NCBI GenBank assembly: GCA_051530055.1
Contig: CM121341.1
Span: forward strand, 11,324,784-11,388,783
Reading direction: 5' to 3'
Length of the DNA: 64,000 bases
Source: Neoechinorhynchus agilis
Taxonomy: Eukaryota; Animalia; Acanthocephala
Under the pieces are notes generated by a model that saw nothing but the letters and a program-made list of their open reading frames with translations, was not told the DNA's origin and ran no database searches. Of the stretch, positions 38,701 through 52,200 are shown piece by piece (positions within the stretch are counted from its first letter, which is position 1; every line of letters begins with the position of its first letter). The position numbers and the translations under genes are program-made.

Positions 38701-41700
38701 TAAAAATGATGGGTCGCATTTTAATATTGAAGCACAAAAAGATTTCGAATATCGTTAAAGTGCGCTTCTTTAATCGATGACAAAAGAGCTTGGCGATATA
38801 CGACTACTTTTTTCAATTATAACGCTAAAAATCTTTTATTTTCGAAATAATGACTGATGAGATGAGACTTCTAAATATCTCAATACGTTTTATCCGGGGA
38901 TGGGAATTATGATCAACACAACGCTATTATCCCAAAGGATTTCCCCTCTCGCTCTCGATGATTAAGGAATGCTTAACAAACTGGAAAATCAGTGCGAACT
39001 CCAAAATGTGATTCAAATACCTTCGAGAAATATTGGCAAAATGCCATTAGGTAAAAATGATTGATCGCATTTTAATATTGAAGCACAAAAGATTTCGAAT
39101 ATCGTTAAAGTGCGCTTCTTTAATCGATGACAAAAGAGTTTCGCGATATACGACTACTTTAATCAATTATAACGCCAAAAATCTTTTATTTTCGAAATAA
39201 TTACCGATGAGATGAGACTTCTAAATATCTCAATACGTTTTATCCGGGAAGGGGATTATGATCAACAAAACGCTATTATCCCAGAGGATTTCCTCTCTCG
39301 CACTTGATGATTAAAGAATGCTTAACAAACTGGAAAATCAGTGCGAACTCCAAAATGTGGTTCAAATACCATCGAGAAATTTTGGCAAAATGCCATTAGG
39401 TAAAAACGACGGATCGCATTTACATATTGAAGCACAAAAAGATTTCGAATATCGCTAAAGTTCGCTTCATTAATCGATGACCAAGGAGTTTGGCGATATA
39501 CGACTACTTTTTTCAATTATAACGCTAAAAATCTTTTATTTTCGAAATAATTACTGATGAGATGAGACTTCTAAATATCTCAATACGTTTTATCCGGGGA
39601 AGGGGATTAAGATCAACACAACGCTATAATCCCAAAGGATTTCCCCAATCGCTCTCGATGATTAAAGAATGCTTAACAAACTGGAAAATCAGTGCGAACT
39701 CCAAAATGTGATTCAAATACCTTCGAGAAATATTGGCAAAATGCCATTAGGTAAAAACGATGGATCGCATTTTAATATTGAAGCACAAAAAGATTTCGAA
39801 TATCGTTAAAGTTCGCTTCTTTAATCGATGACCAAAGAGTTTGGCGATATACGACTACTTTTTTCAATTATAACGCTAAAAATCTTTTATTTTCGAAATA
39901 ATGACTGATGAGATGAGACTTCTAAAAATCTCAATACGTTTTATCCGGGGATGGGGATTATGATCAACACAACGCTATTATCCCAAAGGATTTCCTCTCG
40001 CTCTCGATGATTAAAGAATGCTTAACAAACTGGAAAATAAGTGCGAACTCCAAAATGTGGTTCAAATACCTTCGAGAAATATTGGCAAAATGCCATTAGG
40101 TAAAAAAGATGGGTCGCATTTTTATATTGAAGCACAAAAAGATTTCGAATATCGTTAAATTGCGCTTCTTTAATCGATAACAAAAGAGCTTGGCGATATA
40201 CGACTACTTTTTCAATTATAACGCTAAAAATCTTTTATTTTCGAAATAATTACCGATGAGATGAGACTTCTAAATATCTCAATACGTTTTATCCGGGAAG
40301 GGGATTATGATCAACACAACGCTATTATCCCAAAGGATTTCCTCTCTCGCTCTTGATGATTAAAGAATGCTTAACAAACTGGAAAATAAGTGCGAACTCC
40401 AAAATGTGATTCAAATACCTTCGAGAAATATTGGCAAAATGCCATTAGGTAAAAATGATGGGTCGCATTTTAATATTGAAGCACAAAAGATTTCGAATAT
40501 CGTTAAAGTGCGCTTCTTTAATCGATGACAAAGGAGCTTGGCGATATACGACTACTTTTTTCAATTATAACGCTAAAAATCTTTTATTTTCGAAATAATG
40601 ACTGATGAGACTTCTAAATATCTCAATACGTTTTATCCGGGGATGGGGATTATGATCAACACAACGCTATTATCCCAAAGGATTTCCTCTCTCGCTCTTG
40701 ATGATTAAAGAATGCTTAACAAACTGGAAAATAAGTTCGAACTCCAAAATGTGGTTCAAATACCTTCGAGAAATATTGGCAAAATGCCATTAGGTAAAAA
40801 TGATGGGTCGCATTTTAATATTGAAGCACAAAAGATTTCGAATATCGTTAAAGTGCGCTTCTTTAATCGATGACAAAAGAGTTTGGCGATATACGACTAC
40901 TTTTTTCAATTATAACGCTAAAAATCTTTTATTTTCGAAATAATGACTGATGAGATGAGACTTCTAAATATCTCAATACGTTTTATCCGGGGATGGGGAT
41001 TATGATCAACACAACGCTATTATCCCAAAGGATTTCCTCTCTCGCTCTTGATGATTAAAGAATGCTTAACAAACTGGAAAATAAGTGCGAACTCCAAAAT
41101 GTGGTTCAAATACCTTCGAGAAATATTGGCAAAATGCCATTAGGTAAAAATGATGGGTCGCATTTTAATATTGAAGCACAAAAGATTTCGAATATCGTTA
41201 AAGTGCGCTTCTTTAATCGATGACAAAAGAGTTTGGCGATATACGACTACTTTTTTCAATTATAACGCTAAAAATCTTTTATTTTCGAAATAATTACCGA
41301 TGAGATGAGACTTCTAAATATCTCAATACGTTTTATCCGGGGAAGCGGAATATGATCAACAAAACGCTATTATCCCAAAGGATTTCCTCTATCGCTCTTG
41401 ATGATTAAAGAATGCTTAACAAACTGGAAAATAAGTCAGAACCCCAGAATGTGATTCAAATACCTTCGAAAATTATTGGCAAAATGCCATTAGGTAAAAA
41501 AGATGGGTCGCATTTTAATATTGAAGCACAAAAAGATTTCGAATATCGTTAAAGTGCGCTTCATTAATCGATGACCAAAGAGTTTGGCGATATACGACTA
41601 CTATCTTCAATTATAACGCTATAAATTCTTTATTTTCGAAATAATGACTGATGAGATGAGACTTCTAAATATCTCAATACGTTTTACCCTGGGATGGGGA

Positions 41701-44010
41701 TTATGATCAACACAACGCTGTTATCCCAAAGGATTTGCTCTCTCGCTCTTGATGATTAAGGAATGCTTAACAAATTTTAAAAATCAGTTCGAACTCCAAA
41801 ATGTGGTTCAAATACCTTCGAGAAATATTGGCACAATGCCATTAGATAAAAATGATGGGTCGAATTTTAATATTGAAGCACAAAAAGATTTCGAATATCG
41901 TTAAAGTGCGCTTCTTTAATCGATGACAAAAGAGTTTGGCGATATACGACTACTTTTTTCAATTATAACGCTAAAAATCTTTTATTTTCGAAATAATTAC
42001 CGATGAGATGATACTTCTAAATATCTCAATACGTTTTATCCGGGGAGGGGATTATGATCAACACAACGCTATTATCCCAAAGGATTCCCCTCTCGCTCTC
42101 GATGATTAAAGAATGCTTAACAAACTGGAAAATAAGTGCGTACTCCAAAATGTGATTCAAATACCTTCGAGAAATATTGGAAAATGCCATTAGGTAAAAA
42201 AGATGGGTCGCATTTTAATATTGAAGCACAAAAAGATTTCGAATATCGTTAAAGTTCGCTTCTTTAATCGATGACCAAAGAGTTTGGCGATATACGACTA
42301 CTTTTTTCAATTATAACGCTAAAAATCTTTTATTTTCGAAATAATTACTGATGAGATGTGACTTCTAAATATCTCAATACGTTTTATCCGGGGATGGGAT
42401 TATGATCAACACAACGCTATTATCCCAAAGGATTCCTCTCGCTCTGATGATTAAAGAATGCTTAAAAACTGGAAAATAGTGAACCCAAATGTTTCAAATC
42501 CTTAGAATTTGGAAATGCATTAGGTAAAGAGTCGTTTTTATTGAAGCGATTCGAATTCGTATTTTTACGATAAGTTGGTTGTTTTTTGTTTTTGTTGGGC
42601 TTAAATCTCATAGTTTTATCCGGGGTTATGATCAACACAACGCTTTATCCCAAAGGATTTCTCTCTCGCTCTTGATGATTAAGAATGCTTAAATAAAATA
42701 GTGAACTCCAAATGTGTTCAAATACCTTCGAGAAATATTGGCAAATGCCATTAGTAAAAAGAGGGTCGTTTTATATTGAAGCACAAAAGATTTCGAATAT
42801 CGTTAATGCGCTTCTTTAATCGATACAAAGAGTTGGCGATATACGACTACTTTTTCAATTATAACGCTAAAATCTTTTATTTTCGAAATAATACGATGAG
42901 ATGAACTTCTAAAATCTCAATACGTTTTATCCGGAGGGATTATGATCAAACAACGCTATATCCCAAAGGATTTCCCCTCTCGCTTGATGATTAAGAATGC
43001 TTAACAAATGGAAAATAGTCGACTCCAAAATGTGATTCAATACCTTCGAGAATATTGGCAAAATGCTTAGGTAAAAAGATGGGTCGCATTTTATATTGAA
43101 CACAAAAAGATTTCGAATATCGTTAAATCGCTTTTTAATCGATGACAAAGAGTTTGGCGATATACGACTACTTTTTTCAATTATAACGCTAAAAATCTTT
43201 TATTTTCGAAATAATTACTGATGAGATGTGACTTCTAAATATCTCAATACGTTTTATCCGGGGATGGGATTATGATCAACACAACGCTATTATCCCAAAG
43301 GATTTCCTCTCTCGCTCTTGATGATTAAAGAATGCTTAAAAACCTGGAAAATCGGTCAGAACTCCAGAACGTGGTTCAAATACCTTTGAGAAATATTGGC
43401 AAAATGTCATTAGGTAAAAAAGATGGGTCGCATTTTAATATTGAAGCACAAAAAGATTTCGAATATCGTTAAAGTGCGCTTCTTTAATCGATGACCAAAG
43501 AGTTTGGCGATATACGACTACTTTTTTCAATTATAACGCTATAAATCCTTTATTTTCGAAATAATGAATGATGAGATGAGACTTCTAAATATCTCAATAC
43601 GTTTTATCCGGGGATGGGGTTTATGATCAACACAATGCTTTTATCAAAAAGGATTTCCTCTCTCGCTCTTGATGATTAAAGAATGCTTAACAAACTGGAA
43701 AATGAGTCAGAACTCCAAAATGTGGTTCAAATACCTTCAAGAAATATTGGCAAAATGCCATTAGGTAAAAACGATGGATCGCATTTTAATATTGAAGCAC
43801 AAAAAGATTTCGAATATCGTTAAAGTTCGCTTCATTAATCGATGACAAAAGAGCTTGGCGATATACGACTACTTTTTTCAATTATAACGCTAAGAATCTT
43901 TTATTTTCGAAACAATGACTGATGAGATGAATCGTCCTCTTTCGAAATATCTCGATACTTTTTATCCGGGGATGGAGATTATGATTACGACAACTCTTTC
44001 ATCTTGAAGG
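35720..44010 (+). repeat. ~350-bp satellite, about 24 copies, each with a degenerate hammerhead-like motif
   Basis: ATCTCAAT anchors at 35731, 36082, 36433, 36783, 37132, 37482 and onward (349-351 spacing). The array begins and ends with the same ~90-bp module (ATATCTCAATACGTTTTATCCGGGG...CCCAAAGGATTTCC). Confidence 0.96.
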
Positions 44011-44129
44011 AAAAGGAGAATTGATTTTCTAGAACTTTATTTTCTAGCTTTTTATTTTCAGTAAAAAAAGAGTGGGTTGCAAGAGTCGACAAGTGCTCAT
44101 AGATCGGCACCATTTAAACAACAAACTTC

Positions 44130-44230
44130 AATTGTTCTGTTTCGAAATACCTCAATGCGTTTTATCCGGGCGAGGGGATTATGATCACCACAACTCTATC
44201 ATCCCAAAGGATTTCCTGTCTCGATGAATA
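44130..44230 (+). repeat. Solo diverged copy of the ~90-bp module of the 350-bp satellite
   Basis: TTCGAAATACCTCAATGCGTTTTATCCGGGCGAGGGGATTATGATCACCACAACTCTATCATCCCAAAGGATTTCC. Confidence 0.85.
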
Positions 44231-44530
44231 ACGCTTGTTTCTTCAAAAACGTTTTGTTACGACATTTAACGTGTTATTTCTCTAGGGCAAAGTTAACAAA
44301 CCTCGTTGGTTTGGTGTACCTTAGAAAGGATGACGTAAATATTCTTATGCTGAAACTTGACGTCACATAATACCGAATTCGGTAATCAATTATTTGGTCG
44401 GTATTATGAGAGCCGAGCATCTGACCCTCACAGTGGTTTTCAAAAACACGTTGGGCGATATCTATGGAATGTGCGGCCAAGGAAAATTATCGGTATTGGA
44501 AAAGACCTCACCTGGACAATTAGAATAAAT

Positions 44531-44843
44531 AATAATAACACGTTTTATTGATTTTTGTGTTTAAGAAATTAGACCCATGTACCTTTGGGTCCTCATAAAC
44601 ACACAGATATTCCGTTTTTTGGTACGTCCGTTCGGATGGGAATGTTCGGTCTGAGGATGTCCGATTGGAAATATCGGGTCGGGGATGTCCGTTTCTGCCC
44701 TTCCAACCCGCCCGGACTCGTAATCCCCTCCAAAATCAAGAACTGCATTCATTGAACAAATCAGAACTCAAGTATTTATGAGGACCCAAACGGGGACATG
44801 GGTCCTGTTCTTTGTGCATTAACAAATAAAACGTGTGGTTATT
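44531..44843. repeat. ~310-bp foldback/MITE-like element with ~70-bp inverted arms
   Basis: AATAATAACACGTTTTATT...GACCCATGTACCTTTGGGTCCTCATAAA pairs with TTTATGAGGACCCAAACGGGGACATGGGTCC...AATAAAACGTGTGGTTATT. Confidence 0.8.
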
Positions 44844-47199
44844 ATAAAATCAGGTTATTGTTCGCAGGAGTGCTTGTAAGGTTGGTCTTTCCTCAGGTTT
44901 ATTTCAAGTTCTGATATCCTAGAAGATTGGGCAGCATGGAAAAGGGAGCGTATACATAGGGAGAAACGGCTAGCCAGTCTTAAAAAGACAAATTCGTTTA
45001 TATAGTGCACTGTCAAAATAAGTGACTTCACATTTATGTGGACCATATTTTCAAGCTAATAGCGAACAGAAATGTCTTTATTGTTTCACCTAAGGAATTA
45101 TTTCAGATCTACGCACAGTTAGAATGCATCAACCCTTATTTCCGGATTCTCTATTAAACATTGCTAAAAAAAGCCCGATTTTTGAGACTGTTGAAAGAAC
45201 ATTGAACTTCAAAATCAGAACGTATTTGGTCAGGTGAAATAAAAAATTTAATACGATATTTCGTTCTCTACGCGTGGGAACTTCTTAACAATATTGTTTG
45301 TTGAGAAAGACTACAGGTATTTCTTCTTCCAAAATCCGATCAATGTACATTAACAACAAAAATTATTGTTTGAAGATTGAATTGTTCATGTTTTTTTATG
45401 GTGGAAAATTCCTTGATATTTCCACCATAAACAAACACTAAAATTTTATTCCATTTCCACGATGAAATCTATCATCCCGAATTTGGGTTCTCATGAACAC
45501 TCGAGATTTGAAAGGATAGATGAATTGATTTTGGACGGTCATGCAAGAAGGTCCAATATTAAAGAAAATTATCAGTCATTGATTCAAGGAGAGTGGATTA
45601 TTTTTGAGCTCTAACTTCCACTCATTCCGTTCCACGTGTCCAGTGACGTCACAGCACTCAAATGAGTGCACCGCTCCTCCAATGGAAATTCTTCTCGCTT
45701 ACGTAATCAAACGCACGCGTGGTGGTTAAAAATCGATTAGCACGTATGGAGTTCGAGCTTTTCCTCTTGAACATGTGCAGCCTTTTAGCGTTTCATTCCG
45801 TTGTTTACACTCTGTTTGTAATAATGAGAGATTGGTCCAATTCTAACCGTCAGGTAAGTTTGAAAGAATGCTTAAAACTTTGCGTCAGAAATAAAATTAG
45901 ATCCATAAATGCGTATGCACTCAGTGCGGACGTTTCAGTGTCGCTACGGATTCCGGTGACGTCAATGAATATAACGTTTTATTAAGAGAAGAAGATTCAA
46001 ATGGACTGAAGGTAAGAACGGATTTATGCGCAAGGATACATCTTCGTTTTCCTAAAAAACAGGGCTATAGATTGAACGTGAGTTCATGCTCAAATCATGA
46101 TTACGCCAATGGAGGATCAATGGACGATTTGAAACAGCAAAAAGGAAAGGGCAGGCTCTCGAAGATTTGTTCCAAACTCAGAAGAGTCCCTTTCAATAGA
46201 CGGAGAGAGAATTGAAAACGTGATACGTTAACTTATCCTATAGGAAATCATTTTGGAAGAAAAAGAATATTGCTTAAGTTCTCGTGGATTCTTTCGTTTA
46301 AAAGTTTTTATTACGTAAAGATTTTCATGTCCGTCTCGTCGTTTTTTCCCCTTTAAGCGAGGATTTGAACTTCGCTGACCACTGGTCAAGATCGCTTAGA
46401 AATGTATCCGGTTTTCGATGGATTCTTCGTTCCTTTTGCTCATTTAGTAGTCGAACCAACATTGTTCCGATGGGTGACCGTGTACGGTACACTTTCGATT
46501 GAACCATTGAGTCAGATGATACTTCTGGCCGGGTTTCGTATGTCGTGGACTCTGTGAGTTTGATGTCCGCTTGTGACTCTAGCGAATTTGCCGTTGTGCT
46601 CACACTGATCGGATTTGGCGTTGTAGATTTGTTCAAATCAATAGTCAAAATAAAGGTTCAATCATCATTAGATGCAAAAAAACCAATGAAATTTATCCTT
46701 TCCCGATCAAAAGATTGAACCTTCATCGAGTATTTAGGACCTTTAGAATGGTATCGAGATCACCTTTACTTCCACATATAACTTTTCTCAAAATCTTGGC
46801 CTGTTTTACGAACGTCTCTTCATCTTCCATACAAACAGGATTTTCGGTGCCGGAAATTGTCACAAATATAAGTAAAAGATTAAACAAACTTTTTTTGCCG
46901 AACGAGTTCATCATCAAACATGAACGCGCTTTCACCACCATTTATATTCTGCTCTTTTTCGTACAGAACTCTATCAAGCAATTCGTAACGATAATCGTAG
47001 CTATTTTGGGGTCGATGACATTCCTCGATGACATAATTTGATGAATATAAGACTTGCTTAGACAGTTCGAAAGTACAAGATCTATATTTGGTAAATACTC
47101 ATGTACATAATAAGTTAGAATTGTTAATCAACGGTATTCGTCCAAAAAATATGAACCAATCACGTTGAACGTTAAGCGTAATGTGATCCTTCTTTCAAA

Positions 47200-47900
47200 G
47201 AAATCTCGTAAAATCAAATAATATTTCAATCGTTTTACGAACAGTTCTTCGAGCTGGACGTTCCGTGTCCTTCTTTTTCCAACCACCTTCTTTAAGCGTC
47301 TTCATTGGTCCGACTTCGTTGCCTCCTCGGATCCGCGTCTTCGTCCATTTGTTCTTGAATTGGAGATTAATTTGCTTTAAACGAACAGTACTTCGTTCTG
47401 GACGTTCTGTGTCCTTATCCAGAAGAGTTCGTATATTCCACGCGTTTCCAACCACCTTCTTTAACCGTCTTCGTTGGTCCGACTTCGTTGCCTCCTCGGA
47501 TCCGCGTCTTCGTCCATTTGTTCTTGAATTGGAGATTAATTTGCTTTAAACGAACAGTTCTTCGTCCTGGACGTTCTGTGCCCTTCTTGTCCAGAAGAGT
47601 CCGGATATTCCACGCTTTTCTACTCATCTTCTTTAGCTGTCTTCGTTTTATCCGACTTCTCCGTTAAGCCCTTTGGAGTGTTACCGAGATTTAATCGCGT
47701 GATCTTAGGTCTTGGCCGGAGATCCGCATGGTTGATTGGCAAAACTAGAAGTTGAGACCATAATGTAAGGATTGGGCTTTTACCATAGGCCCTTTTGCCC
47801 ATTAATGCCCAGGGTTTCTAACAGTCCGGCAACGATAGTTGTAGAGGGACCTCGAAGTCTTAGCCATACGGGCGAGCTGGGATGGATTTCTCATACCTGA
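47200..47900 (-). mobile_element. Probable 5' fragment of an RTE-clade LINE (start of AP endonuclease) with an internal ~169-bp tandem duplication
   Basis: AWNIRTLLDKDTERPERST / AWNIRTLLDKKGTERPGRRT matches the RTE N-terminal motif WNVRTLLD...RPERRT. CCAACCACCTTCTTTA recurs at 47279 and 47448. Confidence 0.5.
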
Positions 47901-49229
47901 AAACGATTGATATATCTCAAACGAAGAACTTTAAATATCCAAATGCTTTAAAACATTTCTTCCATTGAAATTTTCTGATTTGTACTCTTTTTCAGACAAT
48001 GTCGTTAGAAGAAGGTGACCGGTATTTTTCTGCGAGGGCTAATGGTTCCTATGAGTTTTCGAAGTCTCCCAGCCACTTTATCGTTTTCGGCGTCACATTC
48101 ATTTCGCCATAAATACCGCATTGGCGATACACGTCAACAGAAGGTAGGACCGAACACAGCGCTCCTAATGGTCGCAACCAAATGTCTACGCTGCTACATA
48201 AGAGAATGAGATGCTTTTGTGTTTGTCACACTCCATCTCGATGCCCAGATGCAGCGGCATGGACTCAGTGGAAGTCTTTTTTGTTGACTTTGCACAGAAG
48301 TGAGCGCTCAGTGAAAACTCACGACACACGGTGAGGAGGAAGAGGAGGAAAGTGTGAAGGAGCGCTGTGTGCGAACGCGTAAAATATCACTCCGTCGTGC
48401 ACGGAAGGCGAAAATGAAAGAATCCAATGTCGAATAAAGAATGGGCGCGATTTCAAATGACGAAGTTCATCGCGCTTGTCAAAGTCATTGGCGGTGAGTT
48501 CAAACGTAATTGAAAATCTTTCGACGTAAAAGTGATCGTCGTTTGTGTTTAATCGAGAGAGAGGCGACGCTTCCCACTTCGAAGGAACTTCAATTTTAAA
48601 TCAGAGATCTTGCAGTGCAACAAAACCAATAAAGAATTCAATAGAACAAAGAAAAGTGACCCCAATTTTAACTTTTTAACGAATTCCCCACAGCACGCTT
48701 ACCAATTTTACGTTTTTTAAATCACCTCTCATTGGGTTTTCGGTTATCTCAACAAAATCTCGTACCCGAATGGTGTCTGGATCCAATCAATTCGCGGAAA
48801 TGAACAATGTTCTACTGCAATTGAAAAAGATTTTACAGAAGGAATCTCGAAATCCCTGACATTCGCCGAAATAATCGGTCTGCATTTAATAAAAGACGCT
48901 GTTGTCAATGTCACCGTACCGACCGGCATAACAATAAAAGGTTTAATTAATGAACAAAAAGAGGAACCTTTACCTCTGGATCACCGTGAACCTTTGGAGT
49001 GGGGAAAGTTGGTGGTTATTGTTTGAAGGAGAGATTGGGTTCGAAGTTAAAGTTTAAATTTGAGAATGATACAAGCAGTGGTTCATTTCCCTTGCAGTGG
49101 CATTTAAACAGTTTTACTGCTCAACTTTACATCGAAGGAAATTATTAGCTCGAAAAATATTGATCGCACGAGTAGCCTTCGAGTTTTGGTTTGAAATCAT
49201 GTTCTGTTTGTTTACCTAAAAGATTACCA

Positions 49230-52200
49230 GAGATCCAACTTTGTTTTTATATATCTGATAAATAACGAAATTTATTGAATCAGATATTTCGGAAGCATAA
49301 TTATTGAAATACGAACAACCTTCTGGAATGGCACACGAGATTGTGCTTCTGAAATCAATTGAATTCAATAAATCACTTCATTTTAACCGCCATATAAAAA
49401 CATGAATAATTTGATCTTCAAAGAGATCCAACTTTGTTTTTATATATCTGATAAATGACGAAATTTATTGAATCAGATATTTCGGAAGCATAATTATTGA
49501 AATACGAACAATCTTCTGGAATGGCACACGAGATTGTGCTTCTGAAATCGATTGAATTCAATAAATCACTTCATTTTACCCGCCATATAAAAACATGAAT
49601 AATTTGATCTTCAAAGAGATCCAACTTTGTTTTTATATATCTGATAAATAACGAAATTTATTGAATCAGATATTTCGGAAGCATAATTATTGAAATACGA
49701 ACAACCTTCTAGAATGGCACACGAGATTGTGCTTCTGGAAATAAATTGAATTCAATAAATCACTTCGTTTTACCCGCCATATAAAAACATGAATAATTTG
49801 ATCTTCAAAGAGATCCAACTTTGTTTTTATATATCTGATAAATAACGAAATTTATTGAATCAGATATTTCGGAAGCATAATTATAGAAATACGAACAACC
49901 TTCTAGAATGGCACACGAGATTGTGCTTCTGAAATAAATTTAATTCAATAAATCACTTCATTTTACCCGCCATATAAAAACATGAATAATTTGATCTTCA
50001 AAGAGATGCAACTTTGCTTTTATATATCTGATAAATAACGAAATTTATTGAATCAGATATTTCGGAAGCATAATTATTGAAATACGAACAACCTTCTGGA
50101 ATGGCCCACGAGATTGTGCTTCTGAAACCAATCGAATTCAATAAATCACTTCATTTACCCGCCATATAAAAACATGAATTTGATCTTCAAAGAGATCCAA
50201 TTTTGTTTTTATATATCTGATAAATGTCGAAATTTATTGAATCAGATATTTCGGAAGCATAATTATTGAAATACGAACAACCTTCTGGAATGGCACACGA
50301 GATTGTGCTTCTGAAATCAATTGAATTCAATAAATCACTTCATTTTACCCCCATATAAAAACATGAATAATTTGATCTTCAAAGAGATCCAACTTTGTTT
50401 TTATATATATGATAAATGACGAAATTTATTGAATCAGATATTTCGGAAGCATAATTATTGAAATACGAACAACCTTCTGGAATGGCACACGAGATTGTGC
50501 TTCTGAAATCAATTGAATTCAATAAATCACTTAATTTTACCCGCCATATAAAAACATGAATAATTTGATCTTCAAAGAGATCCAACTTTGTTTTTATAAA
50601 TCGGATAAATGACGAAATTTATTGAATCAGATATTACGGAAGCATAATTATTGAAATACGAACAACCTTCTGGAATGGCACACGAGATTGTGCTTCTGAA
50701 CATTGAATTCACAATAAATCACTTCATTTACCCGCCATATAAAAACATGAATAATTTGATCTTCAAAGAGATCCAACTTTGTTTTTATATATCTGATAAA
50801 TGACGAAATTTATTGAATCAGATATTTCGGAAGCATAATTATTGAAATACGAACAACCTTCTGGAATGGCACACGAGATTGTGCTTCTGAAATAAATTGA
50901 ATTCAATAAATCACTTCGTTTTACCCGCCATATAAAAACATGAATAATTTGATCTTCAAAGAGATCCAACTTTGTTTTTATATATCTGATAAATAACGAA
51001 ATTTATTGAATCAGATATTTCGGAAGCATAATTATAGAAATACGAACAACCTTCTGGAATGGCACACGAGATTGTGCTTCTGAAATCGATTGAATTCAAT
51101 AAATCACTTCATTCTACCCGCCATATAAAAACATGAATAATTTAATCTTCAAAGAGATCCAACTTTGTTTTTATATATCTGATAAATAACGAAATTTATT
51201 GAATCAGATATTTCGGAAGCATAATTATTGAAATACGAACAACCTTCTGGAATGGCACACGAGATTGTGCTTCTGAAATCGATTGAATTCAATAAATCAC
51301 TTCATTTTACCCGCCATATAAAAACATGAATAATTTAATCTTCAAAGAGATCCAACTTTGTTTTTATATATCTGATAAATAACGAAATTTATTGAATCAG
51401 ATATTTCGGAAGCATAATTATTGAAATACGAACAACCTTCTGGAATGGCACACGAGATTGTGCTTCTGAAATCGATTGAATTCAATAAATCACTTCATTT
51501 TACCCGCCATATAAAAACATGAATAATTTGATCTTCAAAGAGATCCAACTTTATTTTTATATATCTGATAAATAACGAAATTTATTGAATCAGATATTTC
51601 GGAAGCATAATTATTGAAATACGAACAACCTTCTGGAATGGCACACGAGATTGTGCTTCTGAAATCAATTCGAATTCAATAAATCACTTCATTCTACCCG
51701 CCATATAAAAACATGAATAATTTAATCTTCAAAGAGATCCAACTTTGTTTTTATATAACAGATAAATGACGAAATTTATTGAATCAGATATTTCGGAAGC
51801 ATAATTATTGAAATACGAACAACCTTCTGGAATGGCACACGAGATTGTGCTTCTGAAATAAATTGAATTCAATAAATCACTTCATTTTACCCGCCATATA
51901 AAAACATGAATAATTTGATCTTCAAAGAGATCCAACTTTGTTTTTATATATCTGATAAATAACGAAATTTATTGAATCAGATATTTCGGAAGCATAATTA
52001 TTGAAATACGAAAAACCTTCTAGAATGGCACACGAGATTGTGCTTCTGAAATAAATTGAATTCAATAAATCACTTCGTTTTACCCGCCATATAAAAACAT
52101 GAATAATTTGATCTTCAAAGAGATCCAACTTTGTTTTTATATATCTGATAAATAACGAAATTTATTGAATCAGATATTTCGGAAGCATAATTATAGAAAT

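Noticed and set aside
35720-44010. Spliced-leader RNA gene array (minus-strand GAAG|GTATTT followed by CATTTTGG)
   Set aside because: Both the donor and the Sm-like site are mutated in several units (GAAG|GC, CATTCTGG), and the site would be sequestered in a hairpin. No known leader sequence was recognised.
46325-46941. Two minus-strand ORFs, one with a signal-peptide-like start
   Set aside because: No in-frame splice joining them was found and no family was recognised; could still be an orphan gene.
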